Assembly: GCA_002497075.1 (NCBI GenBank)
Contig: DAML01000026.1
Location: 128,493-192,492, forward strand
Direction of reading: 5' to 3'
DNA: 64,000 nucleotides
Origin: Methanomassiliicoccaceae archaeon UBA472
GTDB taxonomy: Archaea > Thermoplasmatota > Thermoplasmata > Methanomassiliicoccales > UBA472
The position numbers and the translations under genes were made by a program. The notes under the pieces were generated by a model. That model was not told the origin of the DNA and ran no database searches. It saw only the letters and a list, made by a program, of their open reading frames with translations. The number at the start of each line of letters is the position of its first letter. The stretch's first letter is position 1. This document shows, piece by piece, positions 19,001 through 28,895 of this stretch.

Positions 19001-22000
19001 ACGACTACATTATACGGGAGCACGGTCACAGGTACGACCGGGACGTCACACTCGGTGACGCTCACTGGGCTTTCCTCAACGACCACCTATCACTTCAGGG
19101 TACGGTCAGTCTCTGCTACTAACTCATCAGATACTGTGAACAGCAATGATTCTACCTTCAGATCGGGTATGATAATATCCGGCATCACAGTTACATCAAT
19201 CAATTCCATAACTGTAACCATCGCATGGGCGAATTCAGATGGCTGTACTTCGGTGATAGAGTACGGTACGACAGTATCATACGGCTCCTCCATATCGGAT
19301 GGTAATAATACGTCCCATTCCGTGACGCTCACTGGTCTCTCGCCATCCACGACTTACCATTACCGCATCAAATTGATTTCCGAGACCGACCCATCAGATG
19401 TTACTCCCAGCCTTGACAGAACCTTCACGACAAACCCATCTGAGATATATGTCACCACGGTGTCCGGTATCAGCTCTACATCTGTCACCATAACATGGAC
19501 TACGGCATCCATCGGTACATCGGTGATAGATTACGGTACGACAGCATCATACGGTAACACGGCCACGGGCACCAGCGGTACATCACACTCGGTGATTCTG
19601 ACCGGCCTTACATACAACACCACCTACCACTTCAGGGCGAAGTCCGTGCTTTCCTCCTCGACCTATTACAGCGCCGATACGACGTTCACCACCAACTCTC
19701 CCGAGATCACCGATGTCGCGATCACGATCAACTCCGGTTCGATAGTTATCTCCTGGACCACTTCGTCAAGAGGCACATCAGTGGTCGAATACGGGGTCAC
19801 AACGTCATATGGAAGCACGGTCACTGATGATACCAGCACCTACTCGCATTCGGTGACCATCACAGGACTGCCCACTGCCACCACATATCATTTCAGGGCG
19901 AAGTCAGTGATCTATAGCCAATCGGCCTATAGCGCTGACACGACATTTACCACTGCTGGAATCACGATATCCTCCATCTCCCTCACGAATGTCAATTCGA
20001 ACTCCGTCAAAATAACATGGACAACATCGGCAAGTGGTACATCGACTGTCGAATACGGTGCTACATCATCTTACGGGCTCACAGCCATTAGTTCTGGCGG
20101 AACATCTCACTCAGTAACGCTTACGGGACTGTCACCGGCAACGACATACCATTACCGGGTGGTATCAACATCCGCGACCACCTCGTCCGATACAGCATAC
20201 AGTACCGATTCGACGTTCACATCAATACCCGCAGAGGTGTCCAGCGTTACGGTCACTATTAGTTACACCTCTGTAACATTCGTATGGAACACCGGGGCCA
20301 CAATGACGTCCGTTGTAGAATATGGCACAACATCGTCATATGGAAGCACCGCGACAGGTAATGATGGGACGCACCATTCCGTGACCATTACGAACATTCC
20401 ATCTGCTGCAACATACCACTTCCGAGTGGTGTCATCCAAACTGAATTCGGATCACGTGACGTATCAGTACGCATACAGTGCTGATTCGATGTTCACCATA
20501 TCCGCCTTGACCATATCAGATGTCGTAGTTACACCTGTCAACTCCATAACCGTCACCATCGCATGGAACACCTCTATCAGTGGCACGTCTGTTATTGAAT
20601 ATGGTACTGATTCTTCTTACGGGTGTTCAGTCACCGGAACCAGCGGCAATGGTAGGTATCATTCTGTTTCCTTGACGAGCCTTTCCGCATCCACCACTTA
20701 CCACTACAGGATCGTATCAGCATCATTGACCAACTCCTCCGATATCGCGTACAGCGCCGATTCCACATTCACCACGGGAGCAGCCGAGATATCCAATGTG
20801 ATAGTGACCCTCCTAGGTTCCAATTCCGCCTCCATAACATGGACGACGGTGCGCAGCAGTACGTCCGTGGTTGAATTCGGGTTAACATCCTCTTATGGGA
20901 GCACTGCTACGGGTAACAGCAACACTCTAGCGCACTCGGTGACGCTGACCGGTCTTTCGTCTGCGACCGTCTATCATTTCAGAGCGAAATCCGTGACCAC
21001 TCTGTACGGGACATACTACAGCGAGGATATTACCTTCAATACGCCCGCCATTGCGATGTCCAGCGTCACCGCCGTCCATGTTTCCTCCACTTCGGTCAAT
21101 ATTATATGGACCACGTCGATAAGTGGCACGTCCGTGGTCGAATATGGCACGAACTCGTCGTATGGAAGTACAATAACGGGCACGAGCGGAACTTCGCATT
21201 GTGTTGCATTAACAGGACTACCATCTGACGTCATCTATCATTTCCGAGTAAGATCCGCCTCGACAACGAACTCCTCCGATATCACCTGCAGCAATGACAG
21301 CACCTTCAGATGTGGTATCACTGTGTCCAATATAGCTGTGATTCCAGTCAGTTCTACATCAGTCACCATAACATGGACCACATCTCTAAGTGGCACATCC
21401 GTGGCAAATTACGGTGCGACAACATCATACGGGAGCACGGCAACGGGCTCTAGCGGTACATCTCACTCGGTGACTCTGACCGGGCTTACATACAGCACCA
21501 CCTATCACTTCAGGGTCAGGTCAACGTCCGCGACCAATTCATCGGATATCGCATTCGGGAACGACAGCACGTTCCGTTCAGGAATCGCTGTATCCAACGT
21601 CAGATGCACCGTCGGTACGAATTCCGCCACCGTCACCTGGACGACATCCATCAGCGGCTCTACGGTCGTCGAATACGGCCCCACCTCATCATACGGTTAC
21701 ACAAAGACCAGCTGGAGCAGTGGTACTTCTCATTCGGTGACGATCACCGGCCTATCATCCGCTACCACCTACCATTTCCGGGTCAAATCCGTATCTTCCA
21801 CGCACTCTTCGGATATCGGTTACAGCAATGATAGCACGTTCGTTACACCAGCAATAACGATATCTGATATTGCGTATGGTGTTTCAGGTCCTTCCGCGGT
21901 CATAACATGGACGACCTCCGTAACCGGGTCATCGGTCGTCGAGTACGGTTTGACGACCGGATACGGCAATACGGTCTCGGACACAAGGAACGTGCTGAGC

Positions 22001-25000
22001 CACAGTGTAACGATCTCAGGACTGGCCTCGGCCACCACATATCATTTCTTGGTCAGTTCCGTATCCTCCACGAACTCCTCCGATACCTCTTACGGTGTCG
22101 ATGCGACGTTCAGCACGAGCTCGATAACGATAACCTTTTTGCAAACGACCGTTCTCTCGTCCACATCAGCGCGCATCGTCTGGAACACGGACTTCGCCGG
22201 TTCGACCATGATCGAGTACGGAAGGACGACATCGTATGGTACGACTACCATAATCTGTGGCAATAGTACCTACCATTCGATAACGTTGAGCGGGCTGAAC
22301 TATAACACAAGATACTATTACAGAGTCACTTCGGTCTCACAGTCCAATTCCGCGGATTCCGTGCAGCATGAAGGATATTTTACAACCCCGGTAGTCACGA
22401 TATCTAATCTTGCGACCATCACGACCAATTATACCGCATCGATCACCTGGTCCACGAACATCGCAGCAACAACGGTGGTCGAATATGGCACGACCACTTC
22501 GTATGGTCTAACGGTCACCGGCGACAATGGGGCTTCTCACTCCGTGTCAATAATTGATCTCCTCCCGGGAACGACCTACTACTACCGGGTGAAATCAGCC
22601 TCCACGACATATGGCAGTGATGTAAGGACTTTGACAGGCTCGTTCACAACCAAGTCTGTTAATGACGCCGAAAAAGGGATTGATGCCGGTAGCAACATCT
22701 CAGGAGCTCTCCACATAGTGACCGGTTCGTTCTCGGGAGCGCTGTTCAGCCAATATGACGTCTCTGACTATTACAAGGTATATGCAAATAGCGGTCAGCA
22801 GATACAGATCATACTTACCGTACCCAGCGGATGCAATTATGATCTAAATCTGCTGGATTCGTCAGGCGCCTCCATGGGCGCGTCCAACAACGCTGCGGGC
22901 CAGACCGACAGCATCGACTTCATCGCGCCTTCATCCGGTTACTGGTACATCGCAATAACGTGGGTGTCAGGCCCCGGTTCTTGTACATACTCGTGCTCGG
23001 TCGATGTTTCCGCGGGGCAGGACATATACGATCTGGACGTCGGATCTTCCGGCGATTCGATCATCTCCGATCATCTTCCCGGGATGAGCATCCATGATGT
23101 CGACGATCTGTGGAAAGATCCCGTGGGATCGGTTAGGCAATGCGGTGAGAACGCAGCGTTCCTGCTCAATCTGTACGAGGTTTCGTATCAGGCCGGCGTC
23201 GGTTATCTGATCACCATTCGCTACTATGCCACCGCGCCTACGGCCGTGCAGGTTCTATGCAATGGGGTATGGGTGAATGTTGCCGCACTTCCCGCTCCGT
23301 CCTCGTATTGGAGCTATTCTTTCGTCCTTTCGCCAGAATACATCAACGACGCTCTGCCTGGCGAGATAGGCTGCAACGTAGAGCTCCGGTTCGATCACGC
23401 GCTCGAGGTCGATACCATCAGCGCGGTAGCCTATTCGTACACGACGGACCTCAGCCTGCCGATCATAGCAAATCGCAACCCCGGGATCGCCTTGATGTCC
23501 GGATGGACGATCGAAAACGGTATCGCCAACGGCACCGACGGTTCCACTTTGACCGTATCGGTCCCTCTGACCACCGTGAGCTACGATCTAACGTTCACCT
23601 ACCTCAACGCCTCCGATGGGATGATGGTCGAGATGTACACTTCGGCCGGATGGACGTCCGTCGGTGCGCTCAATAGATGGGGCTCGTCCGCCACGGTAAC
23701 GCTGAACTATCTCAACTATTACGATTCGGATTCTACCCTTACCGGAATGAACCTTCTGTTAAGGGTAAGTGGGGGGCAATTCGATCTCACGAACCTCACA
23801 TCCGTGGCCATCATGCCTTCGGCCGCCTTTACGGACGTGGGCGTTGCCGGGGATTCAGCGTTCTCCGGTCTCACGACGAAGCTGTTCGGCGTGAGCGTCC
23901 TAGATGATGGCAGATGGTCCGGTATAACGACCAACGGCGGGGTCAGCTTGAGAACGGTCACATCATCCGTAGCATATTTCTATCTCAACGCGCCCGTGTC
24001 CGATCAGAGCTATCGCATCGATATTACGTATAAGACATCATCCACATCCGGTGGCATATACCAGTTGCTCAGTTCAACGCCCTCAAAAAAGCTTGGTACG
24101 CTCACTGGAGATGGTACATGGCGCACGCTTTCCGTCTGGGTCTCGTCCGACTCTTTCATAGATGGTGCGGCCGGGTCCTTCATCAATGCAAAATTCAGTA
24201 TAGGAAACGCAAATGGCACGCTCGTATCCTCGTTCACCGTCTATGTCGATTCTGATAAGGATACGTTGACGGACTGTCAGGAAACGGTGAACTACGGAAC
24301 GGACCCGTTCTCCGCGGACACGGACTATGATGGACTGAACGACAATGTGGAGCTCAGTAGCCTATGGGATACCGACCCATGCGATGCCGATACCGACTCG
24401 GATGGCCTTATGGATGGTAGCGAGATCTGGAGCCAATCCTGGTCGAACGATGAGTTCTATAACGTGACACACAATGCCGATGCCCTCATCAGCTATTCGC
24501 TCCCGGCGCTGGCCAATGTCACCGCCGCAATGCTCCTGATAGGTATCTCAAGCGAGAGCATGAGCGATATCGCCGTGTACATCAGAATGGATTCCGGGTC
24601 GTGGAAAACGCTATTGTACCGAACTGCATCGGGCTCCACCATCTACGCAAGCTACGACCTCCTGGCCAACAGATATGCGAGCTCCAATTTCGCCAGCTCG
24701 CACACCTGGTGCATAATGGTGAAAGACCTCAACCACAATGACATTGGCGGGGAGGTGCAGTACGTTTCTATGCAGGTCAGTGGTACCACGGACGCGAACG
24801 ATCCCGATACGGATGGGGATGAAATACTGGACGGCGAGGAGGTCGATCTGGGAGTCGATGGATGGTCGACGAATCCCGTGCTCGCCGACACGGACGGCGA
24901 CGACCTTTCAGACCATATCGAGATAAACGGAGTTTATACGCCCTGCCATACCGAGACCGATCCCACGCTCAAGGACACCGACGGTGACGGTTACGACGAC

Positions 25001-26911
25001 AACGACGATCTGTACATGGGCGATGCGGTGCTCAGGGTCACGTTGTTGAACTATTCGTCGCTCGCTTCCTATGGCGCTTGGCCCAATGAGCAGGAAATCG
25101 TCGACGTCTTCTTCGTCATCACCTATGTGCAGGGAAATATAGAGCTAGCAACGAAGCAGCTGATCGATGCGCATAAGGATCAGATGTACTATCTGAACTG
25201 GAAATATGACATCGACATCCCCGACAACGTCACATGCGTCAGCATGATCTTCGAGGCGGTCGCTGAGGGCGCTGCAGAGAGCGGCATTGGTGATGGTAAG
25301 CTGGATATTGACAATGGGTTTGATACTGATACGTACAATGTCGATTGGAACCTCAATAATACATCATTCTTTGGCATAGGCACTGATGGCGGAGATCGTG
25401 GAGCATATCTGTCCGTCAATTTGCAGGTGGCTACGGCAGAGAAGGCCAACGTCATTATCATCAACGGCACGGGGGACGGCGGGGACTACGGTCTCGACGA
25501 GGTCTCTCCCGGCGTGTACCGTTACTCAGCGGACGAACAGGTGTACCTGATCAACCTGAACGTCAGCTCGATAAGCACGCACTTCCAGCAGGGCATGAAC
25601 ACCATTATCCTCCCGAGGGCCATCGCCCTCGAGTGCCAGCTGAACGACACGCTGTACGATCTTGGTTCCATGACCAGTTCGAACGTCCTGTACAACGCCT
25701 CGTTCTACAGCACGAACATGAGCAGCTCCACCTCATCCTCTCATATCGTGGTCGTGATAACCAAAAACGTCACCGCGACGCAAGCGGAAGCGATATTGAC
25801 GATGCTGACCTTCAATTCCACCAACGCACGCATCGGCAACAATGTGACCATATCGTCCACAGCGCTCTACCTGCTGCACCTGCCGGGCGATGTCCTTTCC
25901 GCGATACCGACATCTGTTGAGAATGCTGGTATGGGGGAGGGTCCATCGTACTTCAGCCCAACTGGCCTTATAACAGATCTCGCTGAGATGGCGTTCGGTT
26001 TCCTTGTCTGGCTTGCGACCGGGGGTCTACTGCTCCTCTTGGCTCATCTGGTGCTATTGGGCCTCGAGGCAATCGCGAACTTGGCCTCCTCCGCGGCCTC
26101 TGCCGTCATGGAGGCAGTGGACGTTATCGTCGACGCGTTCTGCGCGTTCGTGGATTGGGTGATAGATACGCTCATGGCTTCCCTCGACGCTATCTTCTCT
26201 CCGATCATCGACAGCATCGAGAACGCGTTAACGTCCTACTGCGAGGGGGTAGGGATGGCTTATCTAAGGGCTGAACAGGACGTGGTCGAATTCGGCACCG
26301 TGACCGGAGATACGCTCGGTGCGGTCTTCAATGCAGTAAATGCAAACCTGTTCATGCTGATGATAGGGGTGGGAATATCGCTCAAGCTCATACTCGATGC
26401 CTTCACCGTCCTTACCGCTGGCATGAGCTTCCTGCTCATATTGCTCATATCCCCAGTTATCGGGTACATCATGAATGAGGTCATCAAGGCATTCGATTAC
26501 GATGAATTCACTGGCGCGATATGTGACACCTTCGACGGAATTTGGGATTGGATGGTCGATGTGTTCGGTCCAGGTGAGGATCCACCCCAGCGAGAACAGA
26601 TTGCATGGGAGGCGGGCAGCTTCATGATGGGGGTCCTCGGGTCGATCTATTCTTCGAACGGGCTTCTCAACAAGGTACTTCTCCAATCAGTATGTTTCGC
26701 ATGCGGTATAATATCGATCATCCTAGGAATATATGGTACAAGCGTAAATAGTACTGGGTGCGGAATACTTGGAATTGTATTGGGGGTCGGGCCAGTACTA
26801 TATTCGATTCGTGATGTATTCACTCTCAATAATGCAGATAATAGAATATTGGCTGGTATAGTGGCTACATTTGGACTCGTAGGCATCATGTGTTCGTATA
26901 AGGCTTTGTGA
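16079..26911 (+). CDS. giant secreted multidomain surface protein (3610 aa)
   Basis: Uninterrupted 10.8 kb ORF. N-terminal signal (LISVACALIMVLTVFQVTTTNASA). Asp-box/BNR-like motifs (SSNGGLSW, SIDNGTYF). 19 tandem Fn3-like repeats. PPC-like domain (YDVSDYYKVYANSGQQIQIILT). Two blocks of Asp-rich DxDxDG calcium-type repeats. About 6-7 TM helices at the C-terminus. Confidence 0.9.
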   Translation: MREASLKLISVACALIMVLTVFQVTTTNASASDPGEIAEINPTIHDHRQLTISNEGAVSPASAMSSEGTLHVVWVDMTSSGVELSYKQSIDNGTYFTPDLIISSNFYSITNISISCQNDLDIGIAFEGCLDESSDPTVYLLCSSNGGLSWSQAYQLCEGSSPSVFARNGCLYLGLTRPYNNSFVFSILNFTIDDNEVVNSASMISLSIGEGFGKITGDESEIYYAVRCSDGITYGSIDYDGHQVDTSRYVRNIYSGNVSDLDMLLSDDRLFIVWSLNDDVDAYIFGLISSSDHQSWAGIDVSNAEGGFGSVSVTACSTGFFVAWENDTKAWTEITASQLSSDGTITIDAMRLSTDRVESACPSVTTDANGEVAGIWVEEHYQTTELFFFQDILFKSLDIRSMEEYIASLDDDIFTSSTARPELIASIELITGCMDNADDEGAITEIGSLLSKVDGFIGGATGNDLIDSFPVQIRIYDVLLSVRDTLSSSECPTGMAISNLASARDSNSAVITWTTSSDATSVVEYGIDPSYGSIATGVSGTSHTVTITGLSASTTYYYKARSMSTIDPSYTASSASTFTTDDSLNFIRALGTDSDVIYISSSSVRIRWTTSIESTSVVDYGPTSSYGNTVDGTSGVSHSVTITGLLAETLYHYRVRSVSLSDPSDMISGTDANFTTNAAEVSSATVTVLSSSSVTIAWATSLTSTSYVDYGNTSSYGSTATGTNGTSHSVTLTGLLAATAYHFRVRSISLTNDTNVDCSADGSFTTGSAEISSVTVTMSGSSVTITWTTTSTRTTVVEYGTDSSYGNIMTGVSGTSHWVTITGLYPSTTYHFRAKSVSTSTYYSTDRTFTTGISAISDIVISIGSTSTIITWTTSSPSGTSEIEYGTDSSYGCSATGTTSGNSHTVTLTGLSSSTTYYFRAKTVRSQDIYYSVETVFSTPAITISDISIISVSPSSIAITWTTSLSGTSVVDYGTTTLYGSTVTGTTGTSHSVTLTGLSSTTTYHFRVRSVSATNSSDTVNSNDSTFRSGMIISGITVTSINSITVTIAWANSDGCTSVIEYGTTVSYGSSISDGNNTSHSVTLTGLSPSTTYHYRIKLISETDPSDVTPSLDRTFTTNPSEIYVTTVSGISSTSVTITWTTASIGTSVIDYGTTASYGNTATGTSGTSHSVILTGLTYNTTYHFRAKSVLSSSTYYSADTTFTTNSPEITDVAITINSGSIVISWTTSSRGTSVVEYGVTTSYGSTVTDDTSTYSHSVTITGLPTATTYHFRAKSVIYSQSAYSADTTFTTAGITISSISLTNVNSNSVKITWTTSASGTSTVEYGATSSYGLTAISSGGTSHSVTLTGLSPATTYHYRVVSTSATTSSDTAYSTDSTFTSIPAEVSSVTVTISYTSVTFVWNTGATMTSVVEYGTTSSYGSTATGNDGTHHSVTITNIPSAATYHFRVVSSKLNSDHVTYQYAYSADSMFTISALTISDVVVTPVNSITVTIAWNTSISGTSVIEYGTDSSYGCSVTGTSGNGRYHSVSLTSLSASTTYHYRIVSASLTNSSDIAYSADSTFTTGAAEISNVIVTLLGSNSASITWTTVRSSTSVVEFGLTSSYGSTATGNSNTLAHSVTLTGLSSATVYHFRAKSVTTLYGTYYSEDITFNTPAIAMSSVTAVHVSSTSVNIIWTTSISGTSVVEYGTNSSYGSTITGTSGTSHCVALTGLPSDVIYHFRVRSASTTNSSDITCSNDSTFRCGITVSNIAVIPVSSTSVTITWTTSLSGTSVANYGATTSYGSTATGSSGTSHSVTLTGLTYSTTYHFRVRSTSATNSSDIAFGNDSTFRSGIAVSNVRCTVGTNSATVTWTTSISGSTVVEYGPTSSYGYTKTSWSSGTSHSVTITGLSSATTYHFRVKSVSSTHSSDIGYSNDSTFVTPAITISDIAYGVSGPSAVITWTTSVTGSSVVEYGLTTGYGNTVSDTRNVLSHSVTISGLASATTYHFLVSSVSSTNSSDTSYGVDATFSTSSITITFLQTTVLSSTSARIVWNTDFAGSTMIEYGRTTSYGTTTIICGNSTYHSITLSGLNYNTRYYYRVTSVSQSNSADSVQHEGYFTTPVVTISNLATITTNYTASITWSTNIAATTVVEYGTTTSYGLTVTGDNGASHSVSIIDLLPGTTYYYRVKSASTTYGSDVRTLTGSFTTKSVNDAEKGIDAGSNISGALHIVTGSFSGALFSQYDVSDYYKVYANSGQQIQIILTVPSGCNYDLNLLDSSGASMGASNNAAGQTDSIDFIAPSSGYWYIAITWVSGPGSCTYSCSVDVSAGQDIYDLDVGSSGDSIISDHLPGMSIHDVDDLWKDPVGSVRQCGENAAFLLNLYEVSYQAGVGYLITIRYYATAPTAVQVLCNGVWVNVAALPAPSSYWSYSFVLSPEYINDALPGEIGCNVELRFDHALEVDTISAVAYSYTTDLSLPIIANRNPGIALMSGWTIENGIANGTDGSTLTVSVPLTTVSYDLTFTYLNASDGMMVEMYTSAGWTSVGALNRWGSSATVTLNYLNYYDSDSTLTGMNLLLRVSGGQFDLTNLTSVAIMPSAAFTDVGVAGDSAFSGLTTKLFGVSVLDDGRWSGITTNGGVSLRTVTSSVAYFYLNAPVSDQSYRIDITYKTSSTSGGIYQLLSSTPSKKLGTLTGDGTWRTLSVWVSSDSFIDGAAGSFINAKFSIGNANGTLVSSFTVYVDSDKDTLTDCQETVNYGTDPFSADTDYDGLNDNVELSSLWDTDPCDADTDSDGLMDGSEIWSQSWSNDEFYNVTHNADALISYSLPALANVTAAMLLIGISSESMSDIAVYIRMDSGSWKTLLYRTASGSTIYASYDLLANRYASSNFASSHTWCIMVKDLNHNDIGGEVQYVSMQVSGTTDANDPDTDGDEILDGEEVDLGVDGWSTNPVLADTDGDDLSDHIEINGVYTPCHTETDPTLKDTDGDGYDDNDDLYMGDAVLRVTLLNYSSLASYGAWPNEQEIVDVFFVITYVQGNIELATKQLIDAHKDQMYYLNWKYDIDIPDNVTCVSMIFEAVAEGAAESGIGDGKLDIDNGFDTDTYNVDWNLNNTSFFGIGTDGGDRGAYLSVNLQVATAEKANVIIINGTGDGGDYGLDEVSPGVYRYSADEQVYLINLNVSSISTHFQQGMNTIILPRAIALECQLNDTLYDLGSMTSSNVLYNASFYSTNMSSSTSSSHIVVVITKNVTATQAEAILTMLTFNSTNARIGNNVTISSTALYLLHLPGDVLSAIPTSVENAGMGEGPSYFSPTGLITDLAEMAFGFLVWLATGGLLLLLAHLVLLGLEAIANLASSAASAVMEAVDVIVDAFCAFVDWVIDTLMASLDAIFSPIIDSIENALTSYCEGVGMAYLRAEQDVVEFGTVTGDTLGAVFNAVNANLFMLMIGVGISLKLILDAFTVLTAGMSFLLILLISPVIGYIMNEVIKAFDYDEFTGAICDTFDGIWDWMVDVFGPGEDPPQREQIAWEAGSFMMGVLGSIYSSNGLLNKVLLQSVCFACGIISIILGIYGTSVNSTGCGILGIVLGVGPVLYSIRDVFTLNNADNRILAGIVATFGLVGIMCSYKAL
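17561..22653 (+). repeat. 19 tandem, diverged coding repeats of about 89-95 aa (about 270-285 nt), Fn3-like
   Basis: Unit consensus read from the translation: I(T/A)WTTS..(G)TSVVEYG(T)TSSYGST.TG.SGTSHSVTLTGLS..TTYHFRV(R/K)S.S. I counted 19 (E/D/N)(Y/F)G cores. Confidence 0.9.
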
Positions 26912-26916
26912 TAGGA

Positions 26917-27408
26917 ATGAAAAGCGATACAATTGAATCCGAAACTGAACTTCTCAACGCACCATGTAAATGGGTTTTTATCATGTACTCAGCTCTGGCA
27001 GCATTATCTTTCCTAATCGGGTTACTAATGCTGCCTGCAGAGGGCATTAAATTGGTTGTTCCTTTTATGATGTTTATTTTCAGCGCAATATTCTTTTTTG
27101 GAACAGTTTATCGGGAACTCATCCACCGCCCGAAATCCATCATCGTAAGGGATGATGGGGTGCTAATGAAGTTCCGCATCTATAAGCCAAGATTCCTCAG
27201 GTGGGAAAACATACTCTTTATCGTTGATTCTGGACCACCATCACAGATCATTATAGGATTAGATGGCGACGGAGCTCTACAACCGGTCAATGGGCATTTC
27301 TATTCCATGACATACAGGGCTGCCAGCGAAGTCAAGAAGGCTTATTATGAAAGGACTGGCGGATACCCGATGACCAAGGATGAATATTTTAAGACGAAAA
27401 AGAAATGA
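26917..27408 (+). CDS. small 2-TM membrane protein with a soluble beta-rich C-terminal domain (163 aa)
   Basis: ATG lies 5 nt after the giant-gene stop; a GTG at 26908 overlaps it. Two TM helices (FIMYSALAALSFLIGLLML and VVPFMMFIFSAIFFFG) precede a domain of about 100 aa. Very AT-rich. Confidence 0.6.
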   Translation: MKSDTIESETELLNAPCKWVFIMYSALAALSFLIGLLMLPAEGIKLVVPFMMFIFSAIFFFGTVYRELIHRPKSIIVRDDGVLMKFRIYKPRFLRWENILFIVDSGPPSQIIIGLDGDGALQPVNGHFYSMTYRAASEVKKAYYERTGGYPMTKDEYFKTKKK

Positions 27409-28891
27409 GAGTATTTTGAGGGGGGATGGCGACGATGGCCTCAACACAATCTCCGCAGGCATTTACCGTTACAACTCCGACGACCAGGTGTACATGGTCA
27501 ACCTGAACGTATCCGGATCTAGCGCTCACTTCCAGTCCGGAATGAATACGATAATCCTTCCGCGCGCGATCGCCCTGCGGTGCCAGCTGAACGATACGCT
27601 TTACTACCTGCAGCACGTCGGCAATATGCCGTTGAACAACGTATCGTTCTACAGCACCGATCCCCTGAAGGCCACGGCGTCCGGTCACATAATCGCGGTC
27701 ATCAGCAAGAACGTCACCGCCTCGCAGGCCGAGGCGATACTGACAATGCTGACGCATGACGCGACGAACGGTCGCGTCGGCAACAATGTCACGATATCCT
27801 CCTCGGCGCTCTACCTGCTGCACCTGCCGTGCGACATCCTTTCCGCGATACCGACGACCGTCGAGAACGCCGGTCTGGGCAGCGGCCCGAGCTACTTCAG
27901 CTGGGGCGGTTTGATCAAGACCATCGTCAACATGACGTTCAACTTCCTGTTCTGGTGGGCTGCCGGAGGGGTGCTGCTTCTCTGGCTGCACCTGAAGGCG
28001 ATAGGGCTGGAGACGTTGGGAGGTCTCTGGGCAGGCGTAGGGGCGATGGTAGAGGATGCGGTGGATCACATCGTAGATGGACTCAACGCGCTCAAGAATT
28101 TGCTGCTGGATTTCGTGTACGATACTATACTGCCTTCCATCTCCTCTTTCATAGGTGACATCTGGAACGTAGTGGTCAGCTGGGGATCCGGATTGGTGGC
28201 ATCCCTGTATCGACTAGGCGGGCAGGTTGATTTTGGTTCGATGTCCGTGGCCCAAGCCGCCGATCAGTTCGTCGATGCGCTGATATTCAATGGGGTATTC
28301 CTCTGCGTGGTTGCTCTAGCCATTGCGCTGTACGCGGTGATGCTGGTGCTGAACCCAGTAATAGCGCCGTACGCCTTCGTGCTATCCGAGGTCGCACCGC
28401 TGCTCATCATCGCGATACTCATGGGCGGCTCCGGTCTGCTCAACGGGGCAAGCTCCTCCGGGATAGCCATGGCGTCGGACATCGTAGATCTAATCAGCGA
28501 ATTCCTTGGGGATGGGCTCGTTATTTTCGAAACGACAATGTGGAGCATCATCACGGGTGTGGTTGGGACGCTCATGACCTCAGTGGCAGCAGCAGTGAAG
28601 GTCTGTGCAAACACTTTCCTCTCCTTCGTCGTGTCGATCGTAGGAGCCATACTATCCTTTGCTGCTCTAACGCAGATCAATGAACAGACGACAATGGATT
28701 GGGTTATTGCAAGCGTTATTGGTTTTATATTATCAGCTTATGGTTTCTACCTATCTCTAACCGGGCCGAATTTAGACGGAAAAATATGCCCTGGATTTAA
28801 CGCCGTCTCAGATTTAATTTCCGGTCTAGGTTTCGGGGTATCGATATTATCATTAGGAGAAACATATCAGAAATTTGCTTCAAGGGGGTGA
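27380..28891 (+). CDS. 5'-truncated paralog of the giant protein C-terminal module (503 aa, polytopic membrane)
   Basis: From GDGDDGL onward it aligns with residues encoded from about 25471 of the giant gene. Examples: YRY..D.QVY..NLNVS, GMNTIILPRAIAL.CQLNDTLY, KNVTA.QAEAILTMLT, ALYLLHLP, LSAIPT.VENAG, GPSYFS. Exact nucleotide blocks of 24 and 19 nt are shared. It has no signal peptide. Confidence 0.75.
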   Translation: MNILRRKRNESILRGDGDDGLNTISAGIYRYNSDDQVYMVNLNVSGSSAHFQSGMNTIILPRAIALRCQLNDTLYYLQHVGNMPLNNVSFYSTDPLKATASGHIIAVISKNVTASQAEAILTMLTHDATNGRVGNNVTISSSALYLLHLPCDILSAIPTTVENAGLGSGPSYFSWGGLIKTIVNMTFNFLFWWAAGGVLLLWLHLKAIGLETLGGLWAGVGAMVEDAVDHIVDGLNALKNLLLDFVYDTILPSISSFIGDIWNVVVSWGSGLVASLYRLGGQVDFGSMSVAQAADQFVDALIFNGVFLCVVALAIALYAVMLVLNPVIAPYAFVLSEVAPLLIIAILMGGSGLLNGASSSGIAMASDIVDLISEFLGDGLVIFETTMWSIITGVVGTLMTSVAAAVKVCANTFLSFVVSIVGAILSFAALTQINEQTTMDWVIASVIGFILSAYGFYLSLTGPNLDGKICPGFNAVSDLISGLGFGVSILSLGETYQKFASRG

Positions 28892-28895
28892 TTAT

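Noticed and set aside
17561-22653. Regular ~280-nt periodicity, which could superficially suggest a repeat array such as CRISPR or a satellite
   Set aside because: It lies entirely within one open reading frame, the units are diverged protein-domain repeats, and there are no short identical direct repeats with unique spacers.
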